Source of the DNA: Eledone cirrhosa
Taxonomy: Eukaryota
NCBI GenBank assembly: GCA_964016885.1
Contig: OZ024741.1
Location: 50,778,001 to 50,842,000, forward strand
Length of the DNA: 64,000 nucleotides
Direction: 5' to 3'
In this document: positions 40,249 to 52,016 of the stretch, in pieces
Numbering within the stretch: position 1 is the first letter of the stretch
How the letters are laid out: the number at the start of each line of letters is the position of its first letter
The notes under the pieces: model-generated
Told to the model about the DNA's origin: nothing
The model's database searches: none
The model's input: the letters and a program-made list of their open reading frames with translations, nothing else
Translations under genes and position numbers: made by a program

Positions 40249-40252
<4 letters not shown>
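40061..40252 (+). mobile_element. Short fold-back copy of the 24.4-25.8 kb cassette family, in (TA)n
   Basis: 40061-40105 inverts ~40128-40172 (GAAAcggc..gccgTCggggtc half-hammerhead), followed by the family tail. Confidence 0.8.
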
Positions 40253-40332
<80 letters not shown>

Positions 40333-40336
<4 letters not shown>

Positions 40337-40863
40337 TAGAATTGGCGCTCTGAAATAGCGATATATATATGAATGTATATATAGTGTATTTTGCAATACA
40401 CTGTATGCTTAATTACAAGCATTTCGAAGAGCTTATGCTATTTTTTAGAGTAGTGACAGTCTCACTTACTTTAAATTTTCAGCAAACAGGGGAGATAAAG
40501 CTGACAGAGCTATGTTTCGTACTGATTGGTACTTATCAAAGCCAAGTACTCCACCTGTTTGCTGAAAATCATGAATGTTTGATATAGAATTTCTAGTAAT
40601 AATCAACCGCTCTGTATAATCAGTTCCTGTTATTACTAGAAATTCTATAAGAATCAAACATTCATGATTTTCAGCAAACAGGTGGAGTACTTGGCTTTGA
40701 TAAGTACCAATCAGTACGAAACATAGCTCTGTCAGCTTTATCTCCCCTGTTTGCTGAAAATTTAAAGTAAGTGAGACTGTCACTACTCTTAAAAATAGCA
40801 TAAGATCTTCGAAATGCTTTTAATTAAGCACAGTGTATTGCAAAATACACTGTATATACATTC

Positions 40864-40870
<7 letters not shown>
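40333..40870. repeat. Inverted repeat with ~240-bp slightly diverged arms (40361-40602 / 40630-40870), in (TA)n
   Basis: The arms are reverse complements with a few substitutions and indels. Confidence 0.9.
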
Positions 40871-40921
<51 letters not shown>

Positions 40922-40925
<4 letters not shown>

Positions 40926-41345
40926 AGATTTGAATGGATACAGTTTAGTTGAAAGGAATTTATTGACACGTGTTTCTATAACAGTTACATAACCTAAAAC
41001 AGCTATCTACAAACTTTTAGTTATGCAGACATTCAATATTTCAATGTTATTATTTACTGTCATTTCATCAGAATAATATTACTGAGGACCTGTTTAGTTT
41101 TTATAGAGAATATTAGGAGGGAGGGGTGAAGTTGTTAGAAGAATAGTTGAAGGAGTGGTTTTTCGATAGCAGTGAGAATTCTTGGTGGCAGTGAGTAATT
41201 AGATTCCCATCTGTTGTTTTGACATTTTTTATAGAATATATTATTGGTTATTTTTCTAAATCTATAAAAGGATTAGAGATAGTAAAGATGTGCGTGGTTG
41301 GTTTTGTGTTTGCACTTAATTAACATTCAGACTTAAATTTTTCTT
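40922..41345 (-). mobile_element. Possible PLE 3' end with a degenerate hammerhead (41030-41075)
   Basis: Minus strand reads LIKCKHK, then tatt CTGATGA aatg..catt GAAA tattg aatg. Confidence 0.4.
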
Positions 41346-41620
41346 TCAAGTGTACGTATCCTTTCACCCACGCATTCACACACAAATATATTTGCACACC
41401 TCTACAAAATACATATACTCACAATTCACATATTCATACTTACATATATATACACATGCATGTATTCATGTACATACATACGCGCTCATGTGTATACGTT
41501 TTCATACTCAACTTATCTTTATATACACACGTATAGACACACACATATATACATACATACTCTAGTCCATGTGTACACACATACACATACTTACACATCC
41601 ATATACTCATATATACATAC

Positions 41621-41652
<32 letters not shown>

Positions 41653-41996
41653 ATATACATACACATACATATACACACATATACATATACATATATATAT
41701 AAGCACTTTAATACATGAATACACTTACATCTAACTATACACATCAAACATATATATATATTTACTTATTTATATACATTTTCACATATATATACATACT
41801 TATGGACGTTTTTAGACACATTCATTATCGCATATTTGTACCTATTCTCATCAGCATATCTTTTCATTATTAGTATGGTAATTTAAGGTTATTAATATAT
41901 GTTGAGAAGAGATTGTTTTTATATTTTTCTAACTAGATTAAGGTTTATATAGTTGGGGGATGTCCCTCTTTTATGTAATATTCGGCTTGTAGTGGG

Positions 41997-42058
<62 letters not shown>

Positions 42059-42371
42059 TTATATATATTTATATTCATATCATATACGTATATATATAAA
42101 TAATAATAGTAATAAATGGAATATATATCACCATAGCATTCATTATTTATTTCGTTATATATATTTCAGGGATACTAAATTATAGTATGCCTTCTTCAGA
42201 CAAAATACAATATTAGATGTATAAAATGTTATGTGACATACTCGTAAAAGAGGCCGTATGCGATCAATTCAAAACGGGGATGTGATTCAAAATCTCAAAA
42301 TTTCCTAGGATGTAAAGGTATTAGGAAATATAAAAATAAACAAACAAATAAATAATAAGGACAGTTAAGTT

Positions 42372-42505
42372 AGAGGTTAGCTTTGCCTCTCATCCTTACG
42401 GGGTCGATAAAATAAAGCACCGGTAACGTACTGGGGTCGATTCAATCGACTTTCCCCTCCCAACAAATTACTGGCCTTGTGCCTATACTAGAAATCATTA
42501 TTATT
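42372..42505 (+). mobile_element. SINE 3' half (longer subfamily)
   Basis: gaggttagctttgcc..ggggtcgataaaataaag..ggggtcgattcaatcgac..ggccttgtgcctatactagaaatcattattatt. Confidence 0.8.
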
Positions 42506-42709
42506 TCTGGCAGTATTATAACAATATGACCCTCCCCAAATATAACAATATATATATATATATTTTTATATTTATATATATATATATAGTTCTGTTCACA
42601 TGCCAACACAAGAGCAATAATAAAGGGTTCATTGTACTGACATGGCTATAAAATTGAGGCTTGTTTGCATAATTGCAAACGAATCGAATGTTATTATTAA
42701 TATTCGAAA

Positions 42710-42843
42710 AACTCAGATTACATTTATTGTATTCAGCCATGTAGAGCGAACATTTTCTTTTCTTTTATATATATATATAAAAGAAAAGAAAATGTTCGCT
42801 CTACATGGCTGAATACAATAAATGTATAAATGTAATCTGAGTT
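42710..42843. repeat. Palindrome centred on (TA)n
   Basis: catttattgtattcagccatgtagagcgaacattttcttttctttt-(ta)n-reverse complement. Confidence 0.9.
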
Positions 42844-43400
42844 AAATGATACGAAACGAAAGGAGCTGTGTAGTTACTAAAAACAAAGTTTAGGATGGTG
42901 GTTAGGAAGGAACAAGAGGAGAAAAGAAGAAAGGAGAAAGAATCCTTCGTCAGCTATAAATATCCACGATTAGATGTTTCGGCGCAGGACATCTGTAGCG
43001 ATCGGGAGCGCCCAATGCCTTTTATTAATCAAAAGGCCAGGAGGAAAAGGAGAGAGAAAGGAGAGAAAAAAAGAGAGAAAAAAGGAGAGAAAAGGAAGGA
43101 AAAGGAGGGAAAAGAGGAAGAAGAACAGAGGTGGGTGGGGGTGGGGGAGAAAGAGAGAGGGGAAAAAGGGAGAAAAAGGAGAAAAAAATAGGAGAAAAGG
43201 TGAACAGTTCCCATCGTGGGAAGACACAGGAGAAAGAACCATGCAAATGAGTAACCGTGGAAAAATAGGGAAAGTAAGTTGTAGCCGACCTGAGAGACTT
43301 AAGCCTGGTGGTCAGCTGTATATATGTATGTATATATACATACATATGTATATGTAAATACATATGTATATATGTATATATATATATATATATGTGTATA

Positions 43401-43450
<50 letters not shown>

Positions 43451-43474
43451 TGTAATAACAACATAAGGCAATTA

Positions 43475-43535
43475 TTTCATTTACCAGTGGTTTCTTGAAA
43501 GCAAACAAATTTTGCTTTCAATCATCAGAATGAAA
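43475..43535 (-). ncRNA. Type I hammerhead ribozyme, canonical core
   Basis: tttcatt CTGATGA ttgaaagcaaa atttg tttgctttcaa GAAA ccactgg TA aatgaaa: 7-bp stem I, 11-bp stem II, GUA site. Confidence 0.88.
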
Positions 43536-43633
43536 AAATCCTGGTGTATTTATTGACATTGGATTTTAAAAACAAAAATATACTATATGAAAGTGAGGCT
43601 GGAAAAAGAAGAAGGAAAGGAAAAATAAACACA

Positions 43634-43705
<72 letters not shown>

Positions 43706-44099
43706 CACACACACATACACACACATATATATATACATACATATATATATATATATACATACATATACACACATATATATATATACATACATACACATAT
43801 ACACACACGTACAAATACACATACATATACATACATATATATATCCACATATCCATACATACACATACACACAAATACACAAACACACACACACACACAT
43901 GTATATATATATACACACATAATCATACATATATACACACGTACATACACACACATACATACACACATATATACACGCATACATACGCGCACACAAATAT
44001 AGATATATGTACACACACCTACATACGAACACACACAATTAATTATAAGAAAAAATATAATAATAAAAATAAAAAAACAATAGACGACCATATAGGCCT

Positions 44100-45487
44100 T
44101 GCAAGTCAAAAAATCTTAAGAAAAATAATTCTCCAAATTAGAACTAAGACTGACTTATCACAATGGTTAAATACATCCTCTTTTATTTCTTGGTTTAATA
44201 ATATACAAGCTAAAAATAAGTGTAGATTTACCCAATTTGATATTGTTGATTTTTACCCCTCTATTACTGTTTCCTTATTAACTAAAGCCTTAGATTTTGC
44301 AAGACCCTTCATTAATATTTCTAAATTAGAAGAAAACATTATCTTTCATGCTAGAAAAACTCTACTCTTTACTAATGGAAGTATTTGGGTTAAAAAGTCA
44401 AACCCTGAAAACTCTTTTGTGTTGCAATGGGTTCATATGACAGTGCGGATGTGTGTGACTTAGTAGGATTATTCCTTCTCCACACCCTTAAAGAGAAATT
44501 TCCTTCCCATAATATTGGTTTATACCGTGACGATGGATTGGCAGTTTCTCATACCACCAACGGCCATAACCTTGATGAATTCCGCAAAGATTTAATCAAT
44601 ACTTTTGCTAATCTTAACCTTAAAATTACTATAGATACGAACCTTACCAATGCTAACTTTCTTGACATTAATCTTGATCTACTTACTGCCTCTTTTAAAC
44701 CGTATCATAAACCTAATGAAAATCTTAGATATATCCACAAAGAGTCTTGCCATCCCCCTATAGTTTTTAAAAATCTTATTCCCAACATTAGCCGTAGGAT
44801 TTCTACCTTATCTTCGTCTATAGACATTTTTAACAAAGCCGCCCCTTATTATAATAAAGCCCTTAATAACAGCGGATTTACAGAACACATTAATTATTTA
44901 CCTACTCCTCCCCCTAAAACTAACCACAATAATAGGAAAAGGAAAATCATTTGGTTTTCACCCCCTTCTCTCTAACTGTCAAAACTAATGTAGGAAGGAA
45001 ATTCCTTGACCTCTTAGACAAGCATTTTCCTCCTAATCATAGATATAATAAGATATTTAATAGAAATGTAGTTAAAATCAGTTACTCTTGCTGCCCATGA
45101 ATGAAGTCTAAAATCACCAATTCTAATCGTACAAGAATAAATCCAGGATGCAGTTGCAGGAAGCCGGATGAATGCCCATTACAGGGCAAATGTAACACCA
45201 AATCCGTTGTATATGAGGCGAAAGTGACACCTTTAATTAACAACCAGCTAGCCAGGAGTGAACGATATGTTGGCATGACCCAGGACAGGTTTAAAACCAG
45301 GTTTTATGCACATGTCGCTTCTTTTAAACACACCGATAAAAGAACAGCAACGGGTTTCGCAAATAAGGTGTGGGAATTCAAGGATAAAAACATCCCGTAC
45401 TCTATCGATTGGTCTATTTTAGACCATTCGAGGGAGTACCAAAGGGGCACAAAGAGTTGTTCTTTGTGTACCACTGAAAAATTTAGT
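44100..45487 (+). pseudogene. PLE RT + GIY-YIG, disrupted (YRDD-type RT)
   Basis: [84 protein letters not shown]. Confidence 0.9.
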
Positions 45488-45620
45488 TGCGTATATGTGT
45501 ATATATGTATATATATATATATAAATATGGTTGTATATGTATATGTATATATAATTATATATATCTGTATGTATATGTATGTGTGTATATAATTGTATTT
45601 TTTTATGTATCTGTTGTAAT

Positions 45621-45666
<46 letters not shown>

Positions 45667-45891
45667 AGTGTTTATATATGTGTGTGTGTATTTTTATTAA
45701 GGTGGTGACGTAACCTTTTGTAGATATGTGTGTGTGTGTGTATATGTGTATTTTTATATAATTGTTTATGTGTGTGTATATATAATAGCCTCAGAAACGG
45801 CTTGAGCTCTGCCGTCGGGGTCATACTTTTTCCTATATGTATATATATATGTATATGTATGTATATGTATATATGTGTGTATTTGTATGGC

Positions 45892-45932
<41 letters not shown>

Positions 45933-46242
45933 ATGTATATGCATAATTACATACAGTGATTTAATGCTTATTTTCATTGATTATTTGCTCCAGGAACTTG
46001 TTGAGTGCTCTAAATCAGCTATAAACATTTATACCCTTATCTATTTATTTATTTATTTATTATTTGTCGTATTCCCAACTATTTGTTTACCCCTTTCACC
46101 TTTTTATTTTTATATACATATAATATTTATATATTTTCTTATATATATATGTGTATGTATATGTATCCGGGAGCTTCCAACAGTAATGGTTGCATTTTTT
46201 AAGGGTATGTCAATATTTATTTATAAAACTGATCTATATTGT

Positions 46243-46305
46243 ATTTTGTCTCATGAAAGCACACCATAATTTAACGTGGTGTCCTTGAAATATGTATAAT
46301 AAAAT
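46243..46305 (+). ncRNA. Hammerhead motif related to 24195, G5C core
   Basis: attttgt CTCATGA aagcacacca..tggtgtcctt GAAA tatgta TA ataaaat. Confidence 0.65.
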
Positions 46306-47390
46306 AAATCTGGTTTTATAAATATAGTTTCCATTTGTTAATATCGTATATATAACCCTAACGGATAGCACGATCTATACGTGGATATTTTACGTCTTGA
46401 TGTGGGAGCTAAGTATATGTTTTGTTTATTCCTTTACTTATTTGCATAGGTAAGTATATATTACCCGTATGTTTTGTGAAGGTATGTATACCTTCTCGTA
46501 CGTATATTTGACTGTTATGGTGTATAATTTTTACATATTCTGGTATTTAGGGTTTGGCTATGTGTATACAGGAGTTTTGTGTCTGCGTGAGTATGCAGGT
46601 TCGTACGTATGGTGTGTGTGTGTATATGTGTACTTCTTGTTTTAGTTGACTTACGTCTCCGAACATTCGTGTATTTATTTGTAGGTATGTGTGTGCGCTT
46701 GTTATATACGTATTTATTTACTTATATACGTTTATATAATTATTTAATTAATTATTTATTTATTTGTACACAAGCATACACACACACACATATTTATATG
46801 TGCGTGGTTTTGTATACCTATGGTAAGGTTTCGCGTATGCTTGTGTATGTACGTATCTGTTTGCGTGTATGTATTTATTTGTTTCTATTACTTCTGTATT
46901 GTATTTATTTACTTTGTTCTTAACTCTGTAGCGGAGATTCATTTGGTCTCCTAGTTAGAATTTTAGTCTACAACTTCTGCTATACCATTTACGTGGTTTT
47001 GTCTTTGCTCATATGTTCTCCAGGCTCCACATATGACTTATTATCTTCGTTTTTTTCGTTCATTGCCAGAGAACGTCTCTATGCACCACCTAAGAGAACA
47101 TTAGTCTACGACCTCTTTTATACCATAAACGTGGTTCTGTCTTTGCGCGTAATTGTTTTTCACCGCTCCTATTAATGACGTATTATTCGTTTTTTCCCGT
47201 TCTTTGCCAGCGAACGTTTCCACGAACCAAAGTATCGTCTTCCTGTCTTCCTCCGGTTGCAACGTTTTTTTAAATATCCAGTTCTGCGTCTACAGATTGA
47301 CTTTGTTAGTTTCAGAAGATCCCGTTAAGGGTGAAAGCAGCGATTCTTTGCTTAAACTTTAATCTGTTATTTTAATAAATATATATATAT

Positions 47391-47737
47391 ATATTGTTAT
47401 ACTTTGGGAGGGTCATGTTGCCAATAAGAAACACACGCACCAGTTGTTTTCACTTCAATTTATTATATATTTATAAATTTATAAATTTATAAATTTCTGG
47501 TTGGTTGGTTGGTTCCACAACCAGATAGTTGTTTATATATAGTCATAGTTCTTTCGTCACACACTCTGTGACCTCTTCAGTGACTGGGGATTCCTTATAA
47601 ATATATATAAATTGAAGTGAAAGCAACTGGTGCGTGTGTTTCTTATTGGCAACATGACCCTCCCAAAGTATAACAATATCGGTTTCAACACACGATTTCA
47701 GATAAAGAATCTTGCTAAACAAATTCAGAAACGAAAT
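47391..47737. mobile_element. Small inverted-repeat cassette (47391-47470 / 47600-47679) with a central hammerhead and a tail, in (TA)n
   Basis: The ~80-bp arms are reverse complements; related sequence at 42517-42550. Confidence 0.75.
47541..47585 (-). ncRNA. Minimal type I hammerhead ribozyme, canonical core
   Basis: agtca CTGAAGA ggtcaca gagtg tgtgac GAAA gaac TA tgact. Confidence 0.75.
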
Positions 47738-47875
47738 ATATATATATGTATATATATATATGTATATATATATATTTAAGAGTTAAACAAGGTTCAATGA
47801 ATACATCTGAGAATGAGTTTTACACACATACATGTGTGTGTATGTATTTATATGTATGTGTGTGTGTATATGTAT

Positions 47876-47907
<32 letters not shown>

Positions 47908-48642
47908 ATGTATATGTGTATGTATATGTATGTGTATATGTATATGTATGTGTATGTATGTGTGTGTGTGTATGTATTTATTTATATGTATGTATGTGTA
48001 TGTGTAATTGTGTGTATTGCTTACCACGTGTGTTTGTTCATTTATTTGTTTCCTATATCGCTGTCAACTTTATAATAATTTTTACATTTATTTTTATTCT
48101 TATGTGACGGCCTATATGGTCGTCTATTGTTTTTTATTTTTATTATTATATTTTTTCTTATAATTAATTGTGTATGTGCGTATGTAGGTGTGTGTACATA
48201 TATCTATATTTATGTGTGCGTATGTAGCGTGTATATATGTGTGTATATATGTGTGTATGTATGTGTGTGTATGTACGTGTGTATATATGTATGATTATGT
48301 GTGTATATATATATATAGATGTATATATATATATACATGTGTGTGTGTGTGTGTGTGTGTTTGTGTATTTGTGTGTATGTGTATGTATGGATATGTGGAT
48401 ATGTGTGTATGTATGTATATGTATATGTATGTGTATTTGTACGTGTATGTATATGTGTATATATGTATATATATATATGTGTATATGTATGTATATATAT
48501 GTGTGCATGTATATATATATGTGTGTATGTATGTGTGTGCATGTGTGTTTATTTTTCCTTTCCTTCTTCCTTTTCCAGCCTCACTTTCATATAGTATATT
48601 TTTGTTTTTAAAATCAACTGTCAATAAATACACCAGGATTAA

Positions 48643-48701
48643 TTCATTCTGATGATTGAAACCAAAATTTGTTTGCTTTCAAGAAACCACTGGTAAATGA
48701 A
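48643..48701 (+). ncRNA. Type I hammerhead ribozyme, canonical core (3' pLTR copy)
   Basis: ttcatt CTGATGA ttgaaaccaaa atttg tttgctttcaa GAAA ccactgg TA aatgaa; one stem II mismatch relative to the 43475 copy. Confidence 0.85.
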
Positions 48702-48794
48702 ATAATTGCCTTATGTTGTTTATTACATAACTATTAAGCTCTGTAACCTACATAGAGCACTCTTTTTCCTGGACCTTCCCGACGGAATTACTTC

Positions 48795-48828
<34 letters not shown>

Positions 48829-48832
<4 letters not shown>

Positions 48833-49016
48833 ATTTCTACTTTTAGGCACAAGGCCAGCAATTACCCAGTACATTACTGGTACTTTATTTTATCGACCCC
48901 GTAAGGATGAAGGGCAAAGTTAACCTCGGTGGGATTTGAACTCAGAATGTAAAGGGACGTAACTATGCTAGAAAACATGGCGTCCAACCATCTACCGATA
49001 CTGCCAATTCACCGCC

Positions 49017-49018
<2 letters not shown>
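48829..49018 (-). mobile_element. tRNA-derived SINE, full length
   Basis: Minus strand: ggcggtgaattggcagtatcgg (A box), gagttcaaatc (B box), central domain and tail. Confidence 0.88.
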
Positions 49019-49053
<35 letters not shown>

Positions 49054-49130
49054 GTATGTATAAATATGTATATATGCATGTATATACACATGTATATGTA
49101 TATGTAAATACATATGTGTATGTACGTATG

Positions 49131-49172
<42 letters not shown>

Positions 49173-49235
49173 GGTGTGTGTGTGTACATGTGTGTATATA
49201 CATGTATATGTATTTATAATATATATAAATATGTT

Positions 49236-49275
<40 letters not shown>

Positions 49276-49763
49276 TATATATATATATATTTATACACAT
49301 ACAAGTGTATGTCAATATTCTACCTGTACTCGCACAGTCAATAATGACGTCAAAAATCTTACATAAATAGTTCGAAAAATGACAAAAAATGATAATAAAA
49401 TATTAAAAATAATATTTATTTTTACAAACAGATATTTACATTTACATTGAACAATCTCGAAAAAATAAAAACATGGAAGAAAACATTTTTGTTCAATATT
49501 CACTTTAATAGTACACATACTAATAACTCAGCCAATTGTTGGGAACAAATCATGCAATAGTATTATACAGGCAGAAGTTTGTAGGTTCTATCTAAATATA
49601 ACAATTGTTGTATAACTACGTTTTTAACAAAAATGTTGTTTTCTCCAATATATTTCTTTTGTTGTACTGACTTTATACGTACAGTTTCAAATTGTTATTT
49701 CTTTTTCTGGTTCTACTGTGTGCCTCGTATATTTGTCCACGAGGAAATACAAGAGAAGGCATA

Positions 49764-49960
49764 TACGAGGGGCTGATGAAAGGTTCCTGACTTTGGGTAA
49801 AAGAAAATACAAGAGGATCAGTTAATTAGGATTTTATTCAACATATTCCCCTCTCAGAGTCACACTCTTATTGCAGCAGTCCTTCAGTTTTTCTAAGCCC
49901 TGTAAAAAGAACTCGGAAGGTTTGTCTTCCAACCAGGCCTTTCGCGATACCATTAAAGCC
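49764..49960 (+). mobile_element. Mariner-like element end
   Basis: TA|CGAGGG terminus followed by ttttattcaacatattcccc, typical of mariner 5' ends; no partner TIR found. Confidence 0.5.
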
Positions 49961-50269
49961 ATCACCCATTTCTACCTTTCATATGAGCAAATAATCAACC
50001 TAGAAATGTGTTAATGTTCATTACTAACAACTGAATAACAAGAGTTTCACGCTTCTTAATGTAAAAGGAAGATTTATATCTTTTTTTCTTTTGGTCCTGT
50101 AACTCCTGAGGCAGTCGTAGGGGCGCCATAGTGACATACAGCATTTCTTGGGCATTTTTAGCCTGGCGGAGCCCATTCCCTCTCCAGGTTTGAATACAGT
50201 AGATTTCTTCTAGAGAGATAGAAAATGGGAGAGAGAGGAATGAGAAAGAGATATAGAGGAAGAATCAAC

Positions 50270-50420
50270 CCCAATATTAGACAGGTACTTTTTATCGACC
50301 CCGAAAGGATGAAAGGAAAAGTTGAGCTCGGCGGGATTTGAACTCAGAGAGCAAAGAACCGAAATGAATACTGCAAAGCATCTATCCGACTTTCTAACGA
50401 CTCTGCCAATTCGCCGCCTT
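50270..50420 (-). mobile_element. tRNA-derived SINE (diverged)
   Basis: ggcggcgaattggcagagtcgttag..gagttcaaatcccgccgag..ttcatcctttcggggtcgataaaaagtacc. Confidence 0.8.
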
Positions 50421-50714
50421 TAAGATAAGTATTAAGTTGACTCTTGGGATGAATTCCTCCTTTCGTTTCTTATTACCTGTCAGTATTTCTCGCTGAAGGT
50501 AGAGATTCTATCAAAACTTGCATTCCAGTGAACAGAACTGTTCTCGGGTGAAGATTAAATTATATCATAATGGTCAGAGCAACGTTTAGTTTCAAAGCAT
50601 ATGGCGGTATTCCCGACAGTGTTGATATATTTAAAAACGCAACCGATATCACATAATTATTTCTTTAGCTGTGGCGGCTTCATTACTATCAACATTTCTA
50701 TATATTGAGATATT

Positions 50715-51760
50715 TCCAGGAAGTAATACAAGAATGGTATGGTCATGTATCCCAATACAACTCCTTGTCCAAAACTACATTTCAGGGCACAGTCGAAGGA
50801 AGAAAAAGAGGGTGACAAAGAAAATCCTAGTCCGACAACATCAAAGACTGGACTGGTTAAAACACTGAGACCCTTCTACGCATGACGGAGAATAGAGACC
50901 AATGGCGTCGACTGACTACGAAAGCGTCTAGAGTGGCACCCCAACGACTGGCTTCACCAGTGGCACATCTAGAGTGGCACCCCAACGACTAACTGCACCA
51001 GTGGCACATCTAGAGTGGCACCCCAACGACTGGCTTCACCAGTGGCACACCTAGAGTAGAGCCCAACGAATAACTGCACCAGTGGCACATCTAGAGTGGC
51101 ACCCCAACGACTGGTTTCACCAGTGGCACACCTAGAGTAGAGCCCAAACGACTAACTGCACCAGTGGCACATCTAGAGTGGCACCCCAACGACTGGCTTC
51201 ACCAGTGGCACACCTAGAGTAGAGCCCAAACGACTAACTGCACCAGTGGCACATCTAGAGTAGAGCCTAAACGACTAGCTGCACCAGTGGCACATCTAGA
51301 ATGGTACCCCAACGACTGGCTGCACCAGTGACACATCTAGAGTGGCACTCCAACGACTAGCTGCACCAGTGGCACATCTAGAGTGGCACTCCAACGATTA
51401 GCTGCACCAGTGGCACATCTAGAGTGGAACTCCAACGATTAGCTGCACCAGTGGCACATCTAGAGTGGCACTCTAACGACTAGCTGCACCAGTGGCACAT
51501 CTAGAGTGGCACTCCAACGATTAGCTGCACCAGTGGCACATCTAGAGTGGCACTCTAACGACTAGCTGCACCAGTGGCACATCTAGAGTGGCACCCCAAC
51601 GACTAGCTGCACCAGTGGCACATCTAGAGTGACATCCCAACGACTGGCTGCACCAGTGACACATCTAGTGTGGCATACCAACGACAGGCTACACCAGTGG
51701 CACATCTAGAGTGGCACCCCTGCAACTGGCTGCACCAGTTGCAGGAACATGATGATGATA
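50715..51760 (+). mobile_element. RTE-clade LINE 3' end containing a minisatellite, with a (TGA)n tail
   Basis: WYGHV..SLSKT.FQGTVEGRKRG..DNIKDWTG..NRDQWR..SRVAPQR, with stops; tgatgatgat at 51750. Confidence 0.8.
50927..51740. repeat. ~41-bp minisatellite, ~20 copies
   Basis: Unit tctagagtggcaccccaacgactggctgcaccagtggcaca. Confidence 0.95.
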
Positions 51761-52016
51761 AATACATCATTGTTCAGTTCCAATGCATGTGTACACGACT
51801 ATCTTTGACAATACACGTTCAATTGTTCATTGTCCGCGGGGCGCTGCCGAAACACCCCTCTTGCCTAGGTGTAGAGTCTGTCCCCCTCTCCCCTTCGCCC
51901 TTTCTTTCTTCCTTTGTCTAGTAGTCCTTACTCTTCCACTCCTTTTCCTCTCATTTTCGAATACTGCCTTGCCTTTTCCGTATGTTTAACCAAATTATAA
52001 TTTCTTTTTTGATTCT

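Larger units (their letters stand above)
43445..48795 (+). mobile_element. Penelope-like element with an inverted 5' pLTR (43445-44098), 3' pLTR (48110-48735) and tail; contains nested insertions
   Basis: 43445-44098 is a diverged reverse complement of 48110-48735. RT/GIY-YIG remains lie between them, and both arms carry a hammerhead. Confidence 0.85.

Noticed and set aside
42965-43035. Minus-strand ggcgc..gcgcc GAAA catc TA
   Set aside because: No recognisable CUGANGA core; at most a decayed remnant.
47306-47345. CAGAAGA tccc..ggg GAAA motif
   Set aside because: Core, cleavage triplet and stem I are all degenerate; not called as a ribozyme.
49770-49790. CTGATGAAA as a hammerhead core
   Set aside because: No stem II, GAAA or stem I frame; lies in a mariner-like terminus.
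50927-51740. CRISPR-like periodicity
   Set aside because: Units are contiguous with no unique spacers, there are no cas genes, and the context is eukaryotic. The same applies to 52017-55272 and 6345-6672.
51800-51880. GAAA cacc..ggtg TA half-hammerhead with upstream TTGACAA
   Set aside because: Stem III is plausible, but stems I and II do not pair.
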